From contig CBDFLJ010000002.1 of NCBI GenBank assembly GCA_965248835.1, forward strand, positions 1,344,001-1,408,000: a stretch of DNA of 64,000 bases, read 5' to 3'. The notes under the pieces were generated by a model that did no database searches, was not told the origin of the DNA, and worked only from the letters and a program-made list of their open reading frames with translations. Shown in pieces: positions 10,510 through 21,341 of the stretch. Each line of letters begins with the position of its first letter. The first letter of the stretch is position 1. Both the position numbers and the translations under genes were made by a program. Source of the stretch: Alphaproteobacteria bacterium (GTDB lineage Bacteria > Pseudomonadota > Alphaproteobacteria > MPNO01).

Positions 10510-10782
10510 CTAGTTGACGGCGTCCTTCAACCCCTTTCCGGCCTTGAACTTCGGCTGCATCGACGCCGGGATCTGCATCGTCGCCCCGGTCTGCGGGTTC
10601 CGCCCCGTCGTCGCTACCCGTTTGGAGACGCTGAAGGTTCCGAATCCAACCAGGCGAACCTCTTCGCCACTTTGAAGCGCAGAGGTGATGCTGTCGATCA
10701 CCGCATCGACCGCCTTCGCCGAGTCGGACTTCGAGATTCCAGCGTTCGAAGCCACGTTTGCGACAAGATCGTTCTTGTTCAC
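10510..10782 (-). CDS. hupB: DNA-binding protein HU
   Basis: MNKNDLV...VRLVGFGTF...GRNPQTG...PKFKAGKGLKDAVN; located after lon. Confidence 0.97.
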   Translation of the reverse strand: MNKNDLVANVASNAGISKSDSAKAVDAVIDSITSALQSGEEVRLVGFGTFSVSKRVATTGRNPQTGATMQIPASMQPKFKAGKGLKDAVN

Positions 10783-10888
10783 GTCATGCCCCCTTTGCGA
10801 TCAGGGATAATGGGTTTGGCCCGTCACAAACACGATCGGACCGCCGAGGCTCGCCGTACGGCATCTCTACCGTGCTGCGATGGCGGGA

Positions 10889-10917
10889 GTGTAGATCGCG
10901 TCAAAATTGAGCGTCAA
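10889..10917 (-). promoter_or_regulatory. Putative sigma70 promoter of hupB
   Basis: TTGACG-N17-CTACAC on the minus strand. Confidence 0.55.
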
Positions 10918-11063
10918 TCGAGCAAACCCCGGGAATCCGGGCGATTCCGGGGTATTTTGCGAATCGGCAGCCCAATTTGGCAGCCCATCCCGGCCGATGA
11001 CACCGAACAAGCCCCGAAGGGCTCATCCGATCGATCGCCGCGGAGGGGGCGCGGTACGCCGGT

Positions 11064-13478
11064 TCAGTGGGTGATCACCTCACCCACGTCGCCCTCGCCC
11101 TTGGCGCCCGGCAGATTCTCGATCTCGTCCTGGTCCCATTCGATGGGCACCGGCCGGCGGACAAGGGACTGGCCGACGACCTCATCGACCGAAGAGACGG
11201 CGATGATCGTCAGGTTACGCTTGACGTTGTCGGGGATCTCGGCGAGGTCCTTCTCGTTCTCCTTGGGGATAATGACCGTCTTGATTCCGCCGCGCAGTGC
11301 CGCCAGCAGCTTTTCCTTCAGCCCGCCGATCGGCAGCACGCGGCCGCGCAGCGTCACCTCTCCGGTCATCGCCACGTCGCGGCGCACCGGGATCCCGGCC
11401 AGTGCCGAGACGATCGAGGTGCACATCGCAACCCCGGCCGAGGGGCCGTCCTTGGGCGTGGCGCCCTCCGGCACATGGACGTGGATATCGCGCTTCTCGA
11501 AGACCGTCGGCTTGATGCCGAAGGCGGTGCTGCGTGAGCGCACGTAGCTGCGCGCGGCCTGGACGGATTCCTGCATCACGTCGCCGAGCTTGCCGGTGTG
11601 CGCGATGGCGCCCTTGCCGGGCAGGATCACCGCCTCGACCGAAAGCAGCTCGCCGCCGACCTCGGTCCAGGCCAACCCGGTGCTCACGCCGACCAGGTCT
11701 TCCTCTTCCAGCTCGCCGAAGCGGTAGCGCGGAATTCCGGCATATTTCTCGAGCGTTCGGCGGGTGATGGCCACCTTCTTGCGCGCGGTCATCTGGACAT
11801 CCTTGACCGCCTTGCGCGAGAGGTTGGCCAGCTCGCGCTCGAGGTTCCGGACCCCCGCCTCGCGGGTATAGAGGCGGATCAGCTCACGCAACGCCTCATC
11901 GGAGATCGACCATTCGGTCTTCTTCAGCCCGTGAAGCTTTAGCTGCTTGGCGATCAGGTGGCGCTTGGCGATCTCAACCTTCTCGTCCTCGGTATAGCCC
12001 GCAAGACGGATGATCTCCATCCGGTCCATCAGCGGCTGGGGCATCCGCAGCGTGTTTGCCGTGGTGATGAACAGCACGTCCGACAGGTCGTAGTCGACCT
12101 CAAGGTAATGGTCGCTGAAGGTATTGTTCTGCTCGGGATCGAGCACCTCAAGCAGCGCCGAGGACGGATCGCCGCGCCAATCGGCGCCCAGCTTGTCGAC
12201 CTCGTCCAGCAGGAACAGCGGGTTGGAGGTTTTGGCCTTTTTCATGCCCTGAATGATTTTGCCCGGCATCGAGCCGATATAGGTCCGGCGGTGGCCGCGG
12301 ATCTCCGCCTCGTCGCGTACCCCGCCCAGCGACATGCGTACGAAGCTCCGCCCCGTCGCCCGCGCGATCGACTTGCCGAGCGAGGTCTTGCCGACGCCGG
12401 GCGGGCCGACCAGGCATAGAATTGGGCCGCGGATCTTGCGTACCCGCTGCTGGACCGCGAGGTACTCGACGATTCGCTCCTTGATCTTCTCCAGCCCGTA
12501 ATGGTCCTCGTCCAGCACCTGCTGGGCACGATTGAGGTCGCGGCGGACCTTCGAGCGCTTCTGCCAGGGGATGTTGAGCAGCCAATCGAGGTAGTTTCGC
12601 ACCACCGTCGCTTCGGCCGACATCGGGCTCATCGAGCGCAGCTTCTTGAGCTCCTGCTGGGCCTTCTCGCGCGCTTCCTTGCTGAGCTTGGTGGTGTTGA
12701 TCCGCTCCTCGATCTCGCCGGCCTCGTCGCGGCCGTCCTCGGTCTCGCCGAGCTCCTTCTGGATCGCCTTGAGCTGCTCGTTGAGATAGTACTCGCGCTG
12801 GGTCTTCTCCATCTGCCGCTTGACGCGGCTGCGGATGCGCTTTTCGACCTGCAGGACGCCGATCTCGGCCTCCATGAACGAATTGGCGCGCTCCAGCCGC
12901 TCGGTCACCGAGACCGTCTCCAGAAGCTCCTGCTTCTCGGAGATCTTCAGCGCAAGATGCGAGGCGACGGTATCGGCGAGCTTGCTGGTATCCTCAATTT
13001 GATTCAGCGAAACAAGAACTTCCGGAGGAATCTTCTTGTTCAGCTTTATATACTGCTCGAATTGGCTGATCACCGACCGGGCCAAGGGCTCGAGGTCCTT
13101 GGGATCCTGAGCCTCGTCCTCGATCAGCTCCGCCTCGGCCTGGAAGAAGTCCTCCGTGCGCACGAAGCTGATGATGCGCGCCCTGCGCGAGCCCTCCACC
13201 AGCACCTTGACGGTCCCGTCGGGCAGCTTGAGGAGTTGCAGCACCGTGCCGATCGTGCCGAGCTCATGGATGTCCTCGGGATTCGGGTCGTCCTGGCTCG
13301 CGTTGCGTTGAGCGACCAGCAGAATCTGCTTGTCGTCGTTCATGACGTCCTCGAGCGCGCGCACCGACTTCTCGCGGCCGACGAACAGCGGGACGATCAT
13401 GTGCGGAAAGACGACGATGTCCCGCAGCGGGAGGACCGGGAAGACTGGCAGCGCGGTATCGGAGGGCATATCGGACAT
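11064..13478 (-). CDS. lon: ATP-dependent protease La (Lon)
   Basis: [36 protein letters not shown]. Confidence 0.98.
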   Translation of the reverse strand: MSDMPSDTALPVFPVLPLRDIVVFPHMIVPLFVGREKSVRALEDVMNDDKQILLVAQRNASQDDPNPEDIHELGTIGTVLQLLKLPDGTVKVLVEGSRRARIISFVRTEDFFQAEAELIEDEAQDPKDLEPLARSVISQFEQYIKLNKKIPPEVLVSLNQIEDTSKLADTVASHLALKISEKQELLETVSVTERLERANSFMEAEIGVLQVEKRIRSRVKRQMEKTQREYYLNEQLKAIQKELGETEDGRDEAGEIEERINTTKLSKEAREKAQQELKKLRSMSPMSAEATVVRNYLDWLLNIPWQKRSKVRRDLNRAQQVLDEDHYGLEKIKERIVEYLAVQQRVRKIRGPILCLVGPPGVGKTSLGKSIARATGRSFVRMSLGGVRDEAEIRGHRRTYIGSMPGKIIQGMKKAKTSNPLFLLDEVDKLGADWRGDPSSALLEVLDPEQNNTFSDHYLEVDYDLSDVLFITTANTLRMPQPLMDRMEIIRLAGYTEDEKVEIAKRHLIAKQLKLHGLKKTEWSISDEALRELIRLYTREAGVRNLERELANLSRKAVKDVQMTARKKVAITRRTLEKYAGIPRYRFGELEEEDLVGVSTGLAWTEVGGELLSVEAVILPGKGAIAHTGKLGDVMQESVQAARSYVRSRSTAFGIKPTVFEKRDIHVHVPEGATPKDGPSAGVAMCTSIVSALAGIPVRRDVAMTGEVTLRGRVLPIGGLKEKLLAALRGGIKTVIIPKENEKDLAEIPDNVKRNLTIIAVSSVDEVVGQSLVRRPVPIEWDQDEIENLPGAKGEGDVGEVITH

Positions 13479-13544
13479 AGCCTTTTGACCTGTTACGCGG
13501 CTGCGGAGCCGATCCGGCTCCGGAACACAAGGGGCACCGGGCTA

Positions 13545-13572
13545 AAATGGCCTCAACGCCGAAAAGTTCAAG
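13545..13572 (-). promoter_or_regulatory. Putative RpoH (sigma32) promoter of lon
   Basis: CTTGAA-N16-CCATTT in the clpX-lon gap, matching the heat-shock consensus. Confidence 0.6.
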
Positions 13573-13584
13573 CCCGCCGAGGGC

Positions 13585-14850
13585 CTAGGCTGTCGAACCG
13601 CTTTCCTCGCGCCGGTCGGCATAGATGAACAGCGGCTTGATCCTGCCCTCGACGACCTCGCCGTTGATGGCGATCTCCTCGACATCCTCGAGCCCGGGCA
13701 ATTCGAACATGGTCTCGAGCAGGATGCTTTCGAGGATCGAGCGCAAGCCGCGCGCGCCTGTCTTGCGGCCGATCGCTTTGATCGCGACCGCGCGCAGCGC
13801 ATCGTCGGTGAAGTTGAGCTTCACCTCCTCCATCTCGAACAGCCGACCATATTGCTTGATCAGGGCATTTTTCGGGATGGTCAGGATCTGGACCAGAGCA
13901 TCCTCGCTGAGGTCCTCCAGCGTGGCGATAACCGGCAGGCGGCCGACAAACTCCGGGATCAAGCCGAACTTCAGCAAGTCCTCCGGCTCGACATCGCGCA
14001 GGACCTCGCCCGTCGCCCTGTCGTCGGGGCTGCGAACATCGGCGCCGAAGCCGATCGAGGTGCCCTTGCCGCGCTCGGAGATGATCTTCTCCAACCCGGA
14101 GAAGGCGCCGCCGCATACGAACAGAATGTTTGTGGTATCGACCTGCAGGAACTCCTGCTGCGGGTGCTTGCGCCCACCTTGCGGCGGCACGGAGGCGATG
14201 GTGCCCTCCATGATCTTGAGCAGCGCCTGCTGGACGCCTTCACCCGAAACGTCCCGTGTGATCGAGGGGTTGTCGGATTTGCGCGAGATCTTGTCGACCT
14301 CGTCGATATAGACGATGCCGCGCTGGGCGCGCTCGACGTTGTAATCGGCCGATTGGAGCAGCTTGAGAATAATATTCTCGACATCCTCGCCGACATAGCC
14401 CGCTTCTGTCAGCGTCGTGGCGTCGGCCATGGTGAAGGGCACATCGAGGATCCTGGCGAGCGTCTGGGCCAGCAGAGTCTTGCCGCAGCCGGTCGGGCCG
14501 ACCAGCAGGATGTTCGACTTGGCGATCTCGATCTCGTTGTTCTTGGTGCCGTGGGACAGCCGCTTATAGTGGTTGTGAACCGCGACCGAGAGCACCCGCT
14601 TGGCATGCTCCTGGCCGATGACATAGTCGTCCAGGACGGCGCAGATCTCGCGCGGCGTCGGCACGCCGTCACGCGACTTGACCATCGTGCTCTTGGACTC
14701 CTCACGGATGATATCCATGCAGAGCTCGACGCACTCGTCGCAGATGAAGACCGTCGGACCGGCGATAAGCTTGCGCACCTCATGCTGGCTTTTGCCGCAG
14801 AAGGAGCAGTACAGGACGTTCTTTGACTCGCCGTTACCAGACTTGTTCAT
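13585..14850 (-). CDS. clpX: ATP-dependent Clp protease ATP-binding subunit ClpX
   Basis: CSFCGK...CDEC zinc finger, [15 protein letters not shown] and IGF loops. Confidence 0.98.
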   Translation of the reverse strand: MNKSGNGESKNVLYCSFCGKSQHEVRKLIAGPTVFICDECVELCMDIIREESKSTMVKSRDGVPTPREICAVLDDYVIGQEHAKRVLSVAVHNHYKRLSHGTKNNEIEIAKSNILLVGPTGCGKTLLAQTLARILDVPFTMADATTLTEAGYVGEDVENIILKLLQSADYNVERAQRGIVYIDEVDKISRKSDNPSITRDVSGEGVQQALLKIMEGTIASVPPQGGRKHPQQEFLQVDTTNILFVCGGAFSGLEKIISERGKGTSIGFGADVRSPDDRATGEVLRDVEPEDLLKFGLIPEFVGRLPVIATLEDLSEDALVQILTIPKNALIKQYGRLFEMEEVKLNFTDDALRAVAIKAIGRKTGARGLRSILESILLETMFELPGLEDVEEIAINGEVVEGRIKPLFIYADRREESGSTA

Positions 14851-14879
14851 AGGAACCCCGTTTTCATAGGAACCCCGTT
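14846..14879 (-). repeat. Perfect 17-bp tandem duplication covering the clpX RBS and start codon
   Basis: TTCATAGGAACCCCGTT at 14846-14862 and again at 14863-14879. Confidence 0.92.
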
Positions 14880-15017
14880 GGAATTCGGCCCTGGCGGCAC
14901 GATGTTAGCGGAGCCGCGGGCGAGCGTCCATTGGCAATGTCCGGCGCCGGGATGGTGAAAAGCGGTCCCGCATGCCGCCGTTCGAGCGACCCGGGCCGCT
15001 GAATTTACGGTTGGGTC

Positions 15018-15668
15018 TCAGCCCTCGCCGCCCGCCGCTGCGGCCGCGGACTCCGGTGCCGGCCGGCTCTCGACAACCTCGTCGATCAAGCCGAATTCCT
15101 TGGCGTCTTCCGGCGACAGGAACTTGTCGCGGTCCATCGCCTCCTCGATCACCCCGATATCCTGGCCGGTGTGACGGACGTAGATCTGGTTGAGCCGGGA
15201 GCGCAGGGTGAGAATCTCCCGCGCATGGATCTCGATGTCCGTAGCCTGGCCCTGGAAGCCGCCGGATGGCTGGTGGACCATGATTCGGGAATGCGGCAGC
15301 GAATAGCGCTTGCCCTTCGCGCCGGCGGCCAGAAGCAGCGAGCCCATCGAGGCGGCCTGGCCGATACATACCGTCGACATCTCCGGCCGGATGTACTGCA
15401 TGGTGTCGTAGATCGCCAGCCCCGCGCTCACCAGGCCGCCGGGCGAGTTGATGTAGAAGGAGATGTCCTTGGTCGGGTTCTCCGATTCAAGATAGAGCAA
15501 CTGCGCGCACACCAGGGCGGAGACCACGTCGCTGACCGGTCCGATCAGGAAGATGATGCGCTCCTTCAGGAGACGCGAGTAGATGTCATAGGCCCGCTCG
15601 CCGCGGTTGGACTGCTCCACTACCATCGGGACGAGGGTATTCATGGTCACATCGCCGGGGTCATGCAT
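15018..15668 (-). CDS. clpP: ATP-dependent Clp protease proteolytic subunit
   Basis: [36 protein letters not shown]; ATG at 15668 chosen. Confidence 0.97.
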   Translation of the reverse strand: MHDPGDVTMNTLVPMVVEQSNRGERAYDIYSRLLKERIIFLIGPVSDVVSALVCAQLLYLESENPTKDISFYINSPGGLVSAGLAIYDTMQYIRPEMSTVCIGQAASMGSLLLAAGAKGKRYSLPHSRIMVHQPSGGFQGQATDIEIHAREILTLRSRLNQIYVRHTGQDIGVIEEAMDRDKFLSPEDAKEFGLIDEVVESRPAPESAAAAAGGEG

Positions 15669-15796
15669 ATGCGTCAATGCCCTTGTTTGGACTCATCGAT
15701 CGGACGGCCGGAGCCCGCCGACATCATCGCGCGCATTCCTTGAATCCTCATTGACGCGGGCGCTTCCCCCGTCGCTTGCGGCCGGTCCGGCGCGGT

Positions 15797-17128
15797 TTAC
15801 TCGGTTGCGTCTTCCGGTTCGGCAGTCAGTTCTTCGAGGTCAACCGAACGGTCGGTGACCTGAGCCATTTCGATGATGAAGTCAACCACCTTGTCTTCGA
15901 AGATCGGCGCCCGCAGTTCCTGGATCGCCTGCGGGTTCGACTGGAAGAACTCGAAGATCCGCGATTCCTGGCCGGGGAACCGCCGAGCCTGCTCCATCAT
16001 CGCGCGGTTGAGGTCCTCCTGGCTGACCTGGATGTTGTTGGTGCTGCCGACCTCGGACAGCAGCAGGCCAAGCCGGACTCGCCGTTCGGCGATCGCCCTG
16101 TAGCGCTCGCGCAGCGCGTCTTCGGAAAGCTCCTTGTCGTCCTCGTCAAGCTTGTCTTGTTCTTTGGCGCCCTCGATCTGCGACCAGATCGCCTCGAACT
16201 CCTGTTCGACCATGCCCGGCGGCAGCTCGAAGGAATGGCTGTCCGAGAGCGTATCCAGCAGCATGCGCTTGAGCCGGGCGCGCGAGATCTGCCCGTATTC
16301 GCGCTCGAGCTGCTCCTTGACCGCGCCCTTCAAGGCAACGAGATTCTCCATCCCCAGGCTTTCGGCGAACGCTTCGTCGATTTGGACCGGTACAGAGGCG
16401 GACACCTCTTTGACGGTGACCGCAAAGGAAGCCGCCTTGCCCTTTAGGTGCTCCGCCGGATAGTCATCGGGAAAGCTCACCTCGACGGTTTTCTCACCGC
16501 CCGGGGCGATGCCGACAAGCTGCTCGTCGAAGCCCGGAATGAACAGGCCGGCGCCGAGCTGCAGAACGAAATCTTCCGCCGAGCCGCCAGTGAACGCCTC
16601 GCCGTCGATGGAGCCGACGAAATCGATCTTGAGCTGATCGCCCTCGGTGGCCGCGCGGCCGTCCTCGACCGGTTTGAACACGGTGCGCTGTTCGGCCAGC
16701 CGCTGGATCGCCTCGGCCATTGACGCCTCGCTGGGATCGGCCACCATGCGCTCGAGGTCGAGCTTGGCGAAGTCCATCGGCTCGATCTCGGGCAACAGCT
16801 CGAGCGCTACGGTATATTCGAGATCTTCGCCATCCTCGAACTTCACCACGTCGACCTTGGGCTGCAAAGCCGGACGGATCCCCTCGTCGGTGAAGGCGTC
16901 CCGGGTCGCATCCTGGATCGTCGCCTCGAGGATCTCGCCGCGCACGGCATCGCCGAACCGTTTCTTCAGCAACCCCATGGGTACCTTGCCGGGGCGAAAC
17001 CCCGGGATGGCGACCGTCTGACCGATCTCGTTCAGCCGACCGTTCAGCTTGTCCTCTATATCGTTCGCCGGGATGTTGATCCGGTATTCGCGCTTCAGGC
17101 CGTCGGCGTGGGTCTGGGTAACTTGCAT
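15797..17128 (-). CDS. tig: Trigger factor
   Basis: IPGFRPGKVP ribosome-binding motif, FKBP domain (FIPGFDEQL, FPDDYPAEHLKGK). Confidence 0.97.
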   Translation of the reverse strand: MQVTQTHADGLKREYRINIPANDIEDKLNGRLNEIGQTVAIPGFRPGKVPMGLLKKRFGDAVRGEILEATIQDATRDAFTDEGIRPALQPKVDVVKFEDGEDLEYTVALELLPEIEPMDFAKLDLERMVADPSEASMAEAIQRLAEQRTVFKPVEDGRAATEGDQLKIDFVGSIDGEAFTGGSAEDFVLQLGAGLFIPGFDEQLVGIAPGGEKTVEVSFPDDYPAEHLKGKAASFAVTVKEVSASVPVQIDEAFAESLGMENLVALKGAVKEQLEREYGQISRARLKRMLLDTLSDSHSFELPPGMVEQEFEAIWSQIEGAKEQDKLDEDDKELSEDALRERYRAIAERRVRLGLLLSEVGSTNNIQVSQEDLNRAMMEQARRFPGQESRIFEFFQSNPQAIQELRAPIFEDKVVDFIIEMAQVTDRSVDLEELTAEPEDATE

Positions 17129-17161
17129 TCGTATCTCGTCGTCTTAGCGGGCCATCGGCCC

Positions 17162-17246
17162 TGGTGCGGGCGGAGGGACTTGAACCCCCACGGCTTGCGC
17201 CACCAGATCCTAAATCTGGCGTGTCTACCATTTCCACCACGCCCGC
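17162..17246 (-). tRNA. tRNA-Leu (TAG)
   Basis: GCGGGCGTGGTGGAAATGGTAGACACGCCAGATTTAGGATCTGGTGGCGCAAGCCGTGGGGGTTCAAGTCCCTCCGCCCGCACCA; long variable arm. Confidence 0.97.
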
Positions 17247-17336
17247 AGCCTCGCCAGGCCCGATTCACACTGACGCGGGGATGGAGAAACCGCACCGCGA
17301 GCCTGCGCAGGGGCTCTCGGCCGGCGGCGGCGCAAC

Positions 17337-17365
17337 ATATAGTCTCCGCCCGTGCCCAGAGCAAG
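17337..17365 (-). promoter_or_regulatory. Putative sigma70 promoter for tRNA-Leu-tig
   Basis: CTTGCT-N17-CTATAT on the minus strand. Confidence 0.55.
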
Positions 17366-17400
17366 ACTGGCCCGGGCCGATCAGTGCCGATCAGCGCCGT

Positions 17401-19797
17401 TCAGTTCTGTGGCGGGCGGAAACGGCGTATGCAGGCCCGGGCCGCGGCATCGAGGATTGCATCGATGTCGATCCTGTAGGTCGCGTAGAGATCCGGGATA
17501 TCGCCGGATTGCCCGAACCGATCCACACCAAGCGGATAGATCCGGTGCCCGGCGACCGAGCCGAGCCAGGAAAGCGCAGCCGGGTGGCCGTCGAGCACGG
17601 TGACGATCGCTGCATCCGGCGACAGACCGCCCAACAGGCGCTCTATATGAGCAGCCGCCAGCGACTGTCCGGCGACGCGGGCCTGGCGCGCCGCGATCCA
17701 TTCGCCGTGCAGGCGGTCGGGCGAGGTGATCGCCAGCAGCCCTGCGCCGGGGATGTCCTCGCGGATCTGTGCGAGCGCAGCCTCGGCCTCCGGCGCAACG
17801 GCGCCCATGTAGGCAAGCGCGATCTCCGTGCCGTCGGGCGGCGCGGCGCCGCGCCAGTACGCGCCCGCGACCGCGCCTTCCCGCCACTCCTCGCCGACGG
17901 CGCGGTCGGGCTGATCGAGTACCCGAGTCGACAGCCTGAGGCAGACCGAACCGCCGTCATCGGCCTGCATATGGTGGAACCCCCATTTCATGATCTCCGC
18001 CAGCTCGTCGACAAAAGCCGGCTCGAAGGCGGCCAGGCCGGCCTGGCCGAGCGTGATCAGGGGAGTCTCCTGTGACTGATGCGCTCCGCCCTCCGGCGCC
18101 AGGGTCACGCCCGAGGGCGTGGCCACGACCATGAACCGGGCATCCTGGTAGCAGGCGTAGTGCAGCGCATCGAGCCCGCGGCGGATGAACGGGTCATAGA
18201 GCGTGCCGATCGGCAGCAGGCGGGTGCCGAAGATCGGCCCGGCGAGGCCGAAGGCGGACAGGGTGAGGAACAGGTTGTTCTCTGCGATGCCCAGTTCGAC
18301 ATGTTGGCCCTGGGGCAGCAGCGACCAGCGCTGGGGTGAAAGGACCTCCTCTTCGGCGAAGACGTCGGATGCGGCTTCGCGGTTGAAGATCCCCCGCCGA
18401 TTGACCCACGCTCCGAGATTGGTCGACACCGTCACGTCGGGTGAGCTGGTGACGATCCGGTCGGCGATTTCGGACTCGCTGCGGGCGATCTCGTTGAGGA
18501 TGCGGCCGAAACCGTCCTGGGTCGAGATCGCCGGACGCTTCGGCGGGTCCAGCGACTCCGGCACCGCGATCGCCGGCGGCGCGTGGCGGCGTCGGCCGCC
18601 GGCCGCGAACGGGACATCCCGAAGAAACTGCTCCAGCACCGCGGCGTCGACATCGAGCCCGGCAAAACGCGACCATTCCTCGTCCTCGCCGATCGCCATC
18701 TCCGCGCGGAAGATGTCCATCTGCTCCGGCGTCATCAGCCCGGCGTGGTTGTCCTTGTGCCCGGCGAACGGCAGACCGAACCCCTTGGTGGTGTAGCAGA
18801 TGAAGCAGGTCGGCCGGTCGTCGGTGACCGCACCGAACGCGGACCGCAGCGCATCCAGGTCGTTGCCGGCAAGGTTGGTCATCAGCGCATGGAGCGCCGC
18901 ATCATCCAGGGATTCGATCAGCCCGTGAACCTCAGGGTCGCCGCCGATGTCGCGGACCAGGCGCTCGCGCCAGCCCGCACCGCCCTTGAAGGTCAGCGCG
19001 GAGTAGAGTGAGTTCGGACAATGGTCGATCCAACGCTTGAGCGCCTCGCCGCCGGGCTCGGCGAAGGCCCGTTCCAGGGCGGTGCCGTATTTCAGCGCCT
19101 CGACCCGCCAGCCCACCGATCGGAACAGCGCGTCGATCCGGCCGAACAGGCGGTCGGAGACCACCGAATCGAGGCTCTGCCGATTGTAATCGACGATCCA
19201 CCAGATGTTGCGGATATCGTGCTTCCAGCTTTCCAGCAGGGCCTCGAAAATATTGCCCTCGTCGAGCTCGGCATCGCCCACCAGCGCGATCATCCGGCCG
19301 CACCGGTCGTCGTCGAGCAGGCCCTTCAGCGCCAGATAGTCCTGCACCAGGGCCGCGAAGACGGTCTGCGCCGCACCAAGACCGACCGAGCCGGTCGAGA
19401 AATCGACGTCGTCGTCGTCCTTGCTCCGCGAGGGATAAGCCTGCGCCCCGCCCAGGCTGCGGAACCGCTCCAGCCGCTCCCTGCTCTCGTTGCCCAGCAG
19501 GTACTGGATGGCATGGAACAGGGGCGCGGCGTGCGGCTTGACCGCCACCCGGTCTTCGGGTCGCAGGATGTCGAAATAGAGCGCCGTCATGATCGAGGCC
19601 ATCGAGGCGCAAGACGCCTGGTGGCCGCCCACCTTCAGGCCGTCACGCCTGGGCCGAATGTGGTTGGCATGATGGATCATCCACGAAGATAGCCACAGCA
19701 CTTTGCGTTCGAGCGCGGCCAGGCAGGCACGGTGATGCGCCTCCGTATCGGCCTCGATCGGGCCAGGATCGGCAATGTCGTGGACGTTCGATGCCAT
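17401..19797 (-). CDS. Homodimeric 2-oxoacid dehydrogenase E1 (AceE/MdeB-like; often annotated transketolase)
   Basis: KVGGHQAS, FSTGSVGLG, ThDP motif GDAELDEG...DYNRQSLD, ELGIAENN, EGGAHQS, LGVDRFGQSG. Confidence 0.85.
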   Translation of the reverse strand: MASNVHDIADPGPIEADTEAHHRACLAALERKVLWLSSWMIHHANHIRPRRDGLKVGGHQASCASMASIMTALYFDILRPEDRVAVKPHAAPLFHAIQYLLGNESRERLERFRSLGGAQAYPSRSKDDDDVDFSTGSVGLGAAQTVFAALVQDYLALKGLLDDDRCGRMIALVGDAELDEGNIFEALLESWKHDIRNIWWIVDYNRQSLDSVVSDRLFGRIDALFRSVGWRVEALKYGTALERAFAEPGGEALKRWIDHCPNSLYSALTFKGGAGWRERLVRDIGGDPEVHGLIESLDDAALHALMTNLAGNDLDALRSAFGAVTDDRPTCFICYTTKGFGLPFAGHKDNHAGLMTPEQMDIFRAEMAIGEDEEWSRFAGLDVDAAVLEQFLRDVPFAAGGRRRHAPPAIAVPESLDPPKRPAISTQDGFGRILNEIARSESEIADRIVTSSPDVTVSTNLGAWVNRRGIFNREAASDVFAEEEVLSPQRWSLLPQGQHVELGIAENNLFLTLSAFGLAGPIFGTRLLPIGTLYDPFIRRGLDALHYACYQDARFMVVATPSGVTLAPEGGAHQSQETPLITLGQAGLAAFEPAFVDELAEIMKWGFHHMQADDGGSVCLRLSTRVLDQPDRAVGEEWREGAVAGAYWRGAAPPDGTEIALAYMGAVAPEAEAALAQIREDIPGAGLLAITSPDRLHGEWIAARQARVAGQSLAAAHIERLLGGLSPDAAIVTVLDGHPAALSWLGSVAGHRIYPLGVDRFGQSGDIPDLYATYRIDIDAILDAAARACIRRFRPPQN

Positions 19798-19933
19798 GGG
19801 TCCATCCCGAGACGGGCGCGCTATGGAAATCATACGAACGTGAACGAAGATTTATCTTGCCATTTTGCGCTCGCTCTCCACAATTTTAGCAATGATCGTT
19901 CAAAATTTGATAACTTTTGGAGTGTTTCTGCCA

Positions 19934-20434
19934 ATGACCCGCCCAGACGATATCGACCGGAGAATTCTGGCCACGCTTCAGGTCAACGCGCGGATCTCCA
20001 ATGCGGAGCTTGCCGAGAGGGTGGGGCTGTCGCCCTCGCCCTGCCTGCGCCGGGTCCGCGCCATGGAGGACACCGGCGTGATCAAGCGCTACGCGACGCT
20101 GTTGGAGCCCGCCACGCTCGGCCTGCCGATCTCGGTCTTCGTGCAGGTCAGCCTCGAACGCCAGGTCGAACACGCCCTGGACACCTTCGAGAAAGCAATG
20201 CTGAACCGTCCCGAGGTGATGGAATGCTATCTGATGACCGGTGATGCGGACTATCTGCTGCGCGTGGTGGTCTCGGATCTGACGGCCTATGAGCGTTTCC
20301 TGAAGGACCACCTCACCCGGGTTCCCGACGTCGCCTCGATCAAGTCGAGCTTCGCATTGAACCAGGTCAAGTACTCGACCGCCTTGCCGCTCGACCCGGA
20401 GCCTGCCGCCGCCGCCGGCGCATCGGACACATAG
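19934..20434 (+). CDS. Lrp/AsnC family transcriptional regulator
   Basis: [50 protein letters not shown]; divergent from the E1 gene across an AT-rich gap. Confidence 0.95.
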   Translation: MTRPDDIDRRILATLQVNARISNAELAERVGLSPSPCLRRVRAMEDTGVIKRYATLLEPATLGLPISVFVQVSLERQVEHALDTFEKAMLNRPEVMECYLMTGDADYLLRVVVSDLTAYERFLKDHLTRVPDVASIKSSFALNQVKYSTALPLDPEPAAAAGASDT

Positions 20435-20457
20435 AGCATGTTCGAAGTGGGCGCGCC

Positions 20458-21246
20458 TTAGGCGGCCTTCTCGGCCAGGGTGTAGTCGAAGGGGATCGGC
20501 TCGATATCACCGGCGAAAATCTCTTCGATCCGGCGCTCGGAAACCGGTTCGCCAAACTGGCCGTTGCGCATTTGGACGCGGTAGCGTAGCTGGCTTACGA
20601 CCAGTTCCCGGGCGAGCGCCCAGTCGGTCTGTTCGGGCGGCAGTCCGCCGAAGCCGGTGACACCCTTGAGCATGTGGCCGACCTCGTCGTCATAGACCCG
20701 CTGGCAGGCCGCGGCGATCCGGTCGTCGGTCCCGCCGTGACCGGCAAGCTTCGCACCCTCCGAATAGAGCGTGCAGTAACCGCCCTCGGTGAAGCTCAGC
20801 GCAGCCTGGCCCAGTGCGCCATGGGTTTGGCGCATCCGGTGGCGGTAGTCGTCGAGCGCTTTGCCCTCGGTCCAGTTCTCCAGCATGTTGGGCGTAAGCT
20901 TCGGATCGCCGGGCGCGCCGAGGCTGTCGTAGATGTCGGCGAACAGGCAATAGTGGTGGTATTCGGTATAGAGCGTCTCGACCAGGTCGAGCAGTTCGTG
21001 CCGATCCAGCCCGCGGTCGAGTTCCGCCCGTTGAGCGATCATCTGCTGGCCCAGTTCGACTATATGGCCGTGCTCGGGCTCGCCGAAGCCGGAGCCGAAG
21101 AACTCCTTGAAGCACTGGCGCTTGAGCCAGACGCGGTCGGTCTCGGCAGTACGCCCGGGTGCGTTGAAGTAGGTCCGCACCACCTCGGCCTCGCCGGCCC
21201 AGAGCGGCGCGCTGGCTTCGATAAGGTCCCTGAGGTGATCGTTCAT
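20458..21246 (-). CDS. Ferritin-like domain protein, putative diiron-carboxylate enzyme
   Basis: Strong RBS (AGGGAGG); pattern E(KEFF)...EYHH...E(TEGG)...EVGH. Confidence 0.65.
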   Translation of the reverse strand: MNDHLRDLIEASAPLWAGEAEVVRTYFNAPGRTAETDRVWLKRQCFKEFFGSGFGEPEHGHIVELGQQMIAQRAELDRGLDRHELLDLVETLYTEYHHYCLFADIYDSLGAPGDPKLTPNMLENWTEGKALDDYRHRMRQTHGALGQAALSFTEGGYCTLYSEGAKLAGHGGTDDRIAAACQRVYDDEVGHMLKGVTGFGGLPPEQTDWALARELVVSQLRYRVQMRNGQFGEPVSERRIEEIFAGDIEPIPFDYTLAEKAA

Positions 21247-21341
21247 CGGCCCGGCCTCCCTTTGTCCGCACCCAGTCTACTCTCAACGGCGCCTCGCCTT
21301 AAACTGTCGGGCCGCGCCGCAATTCACGGAGGCCACGGAAC

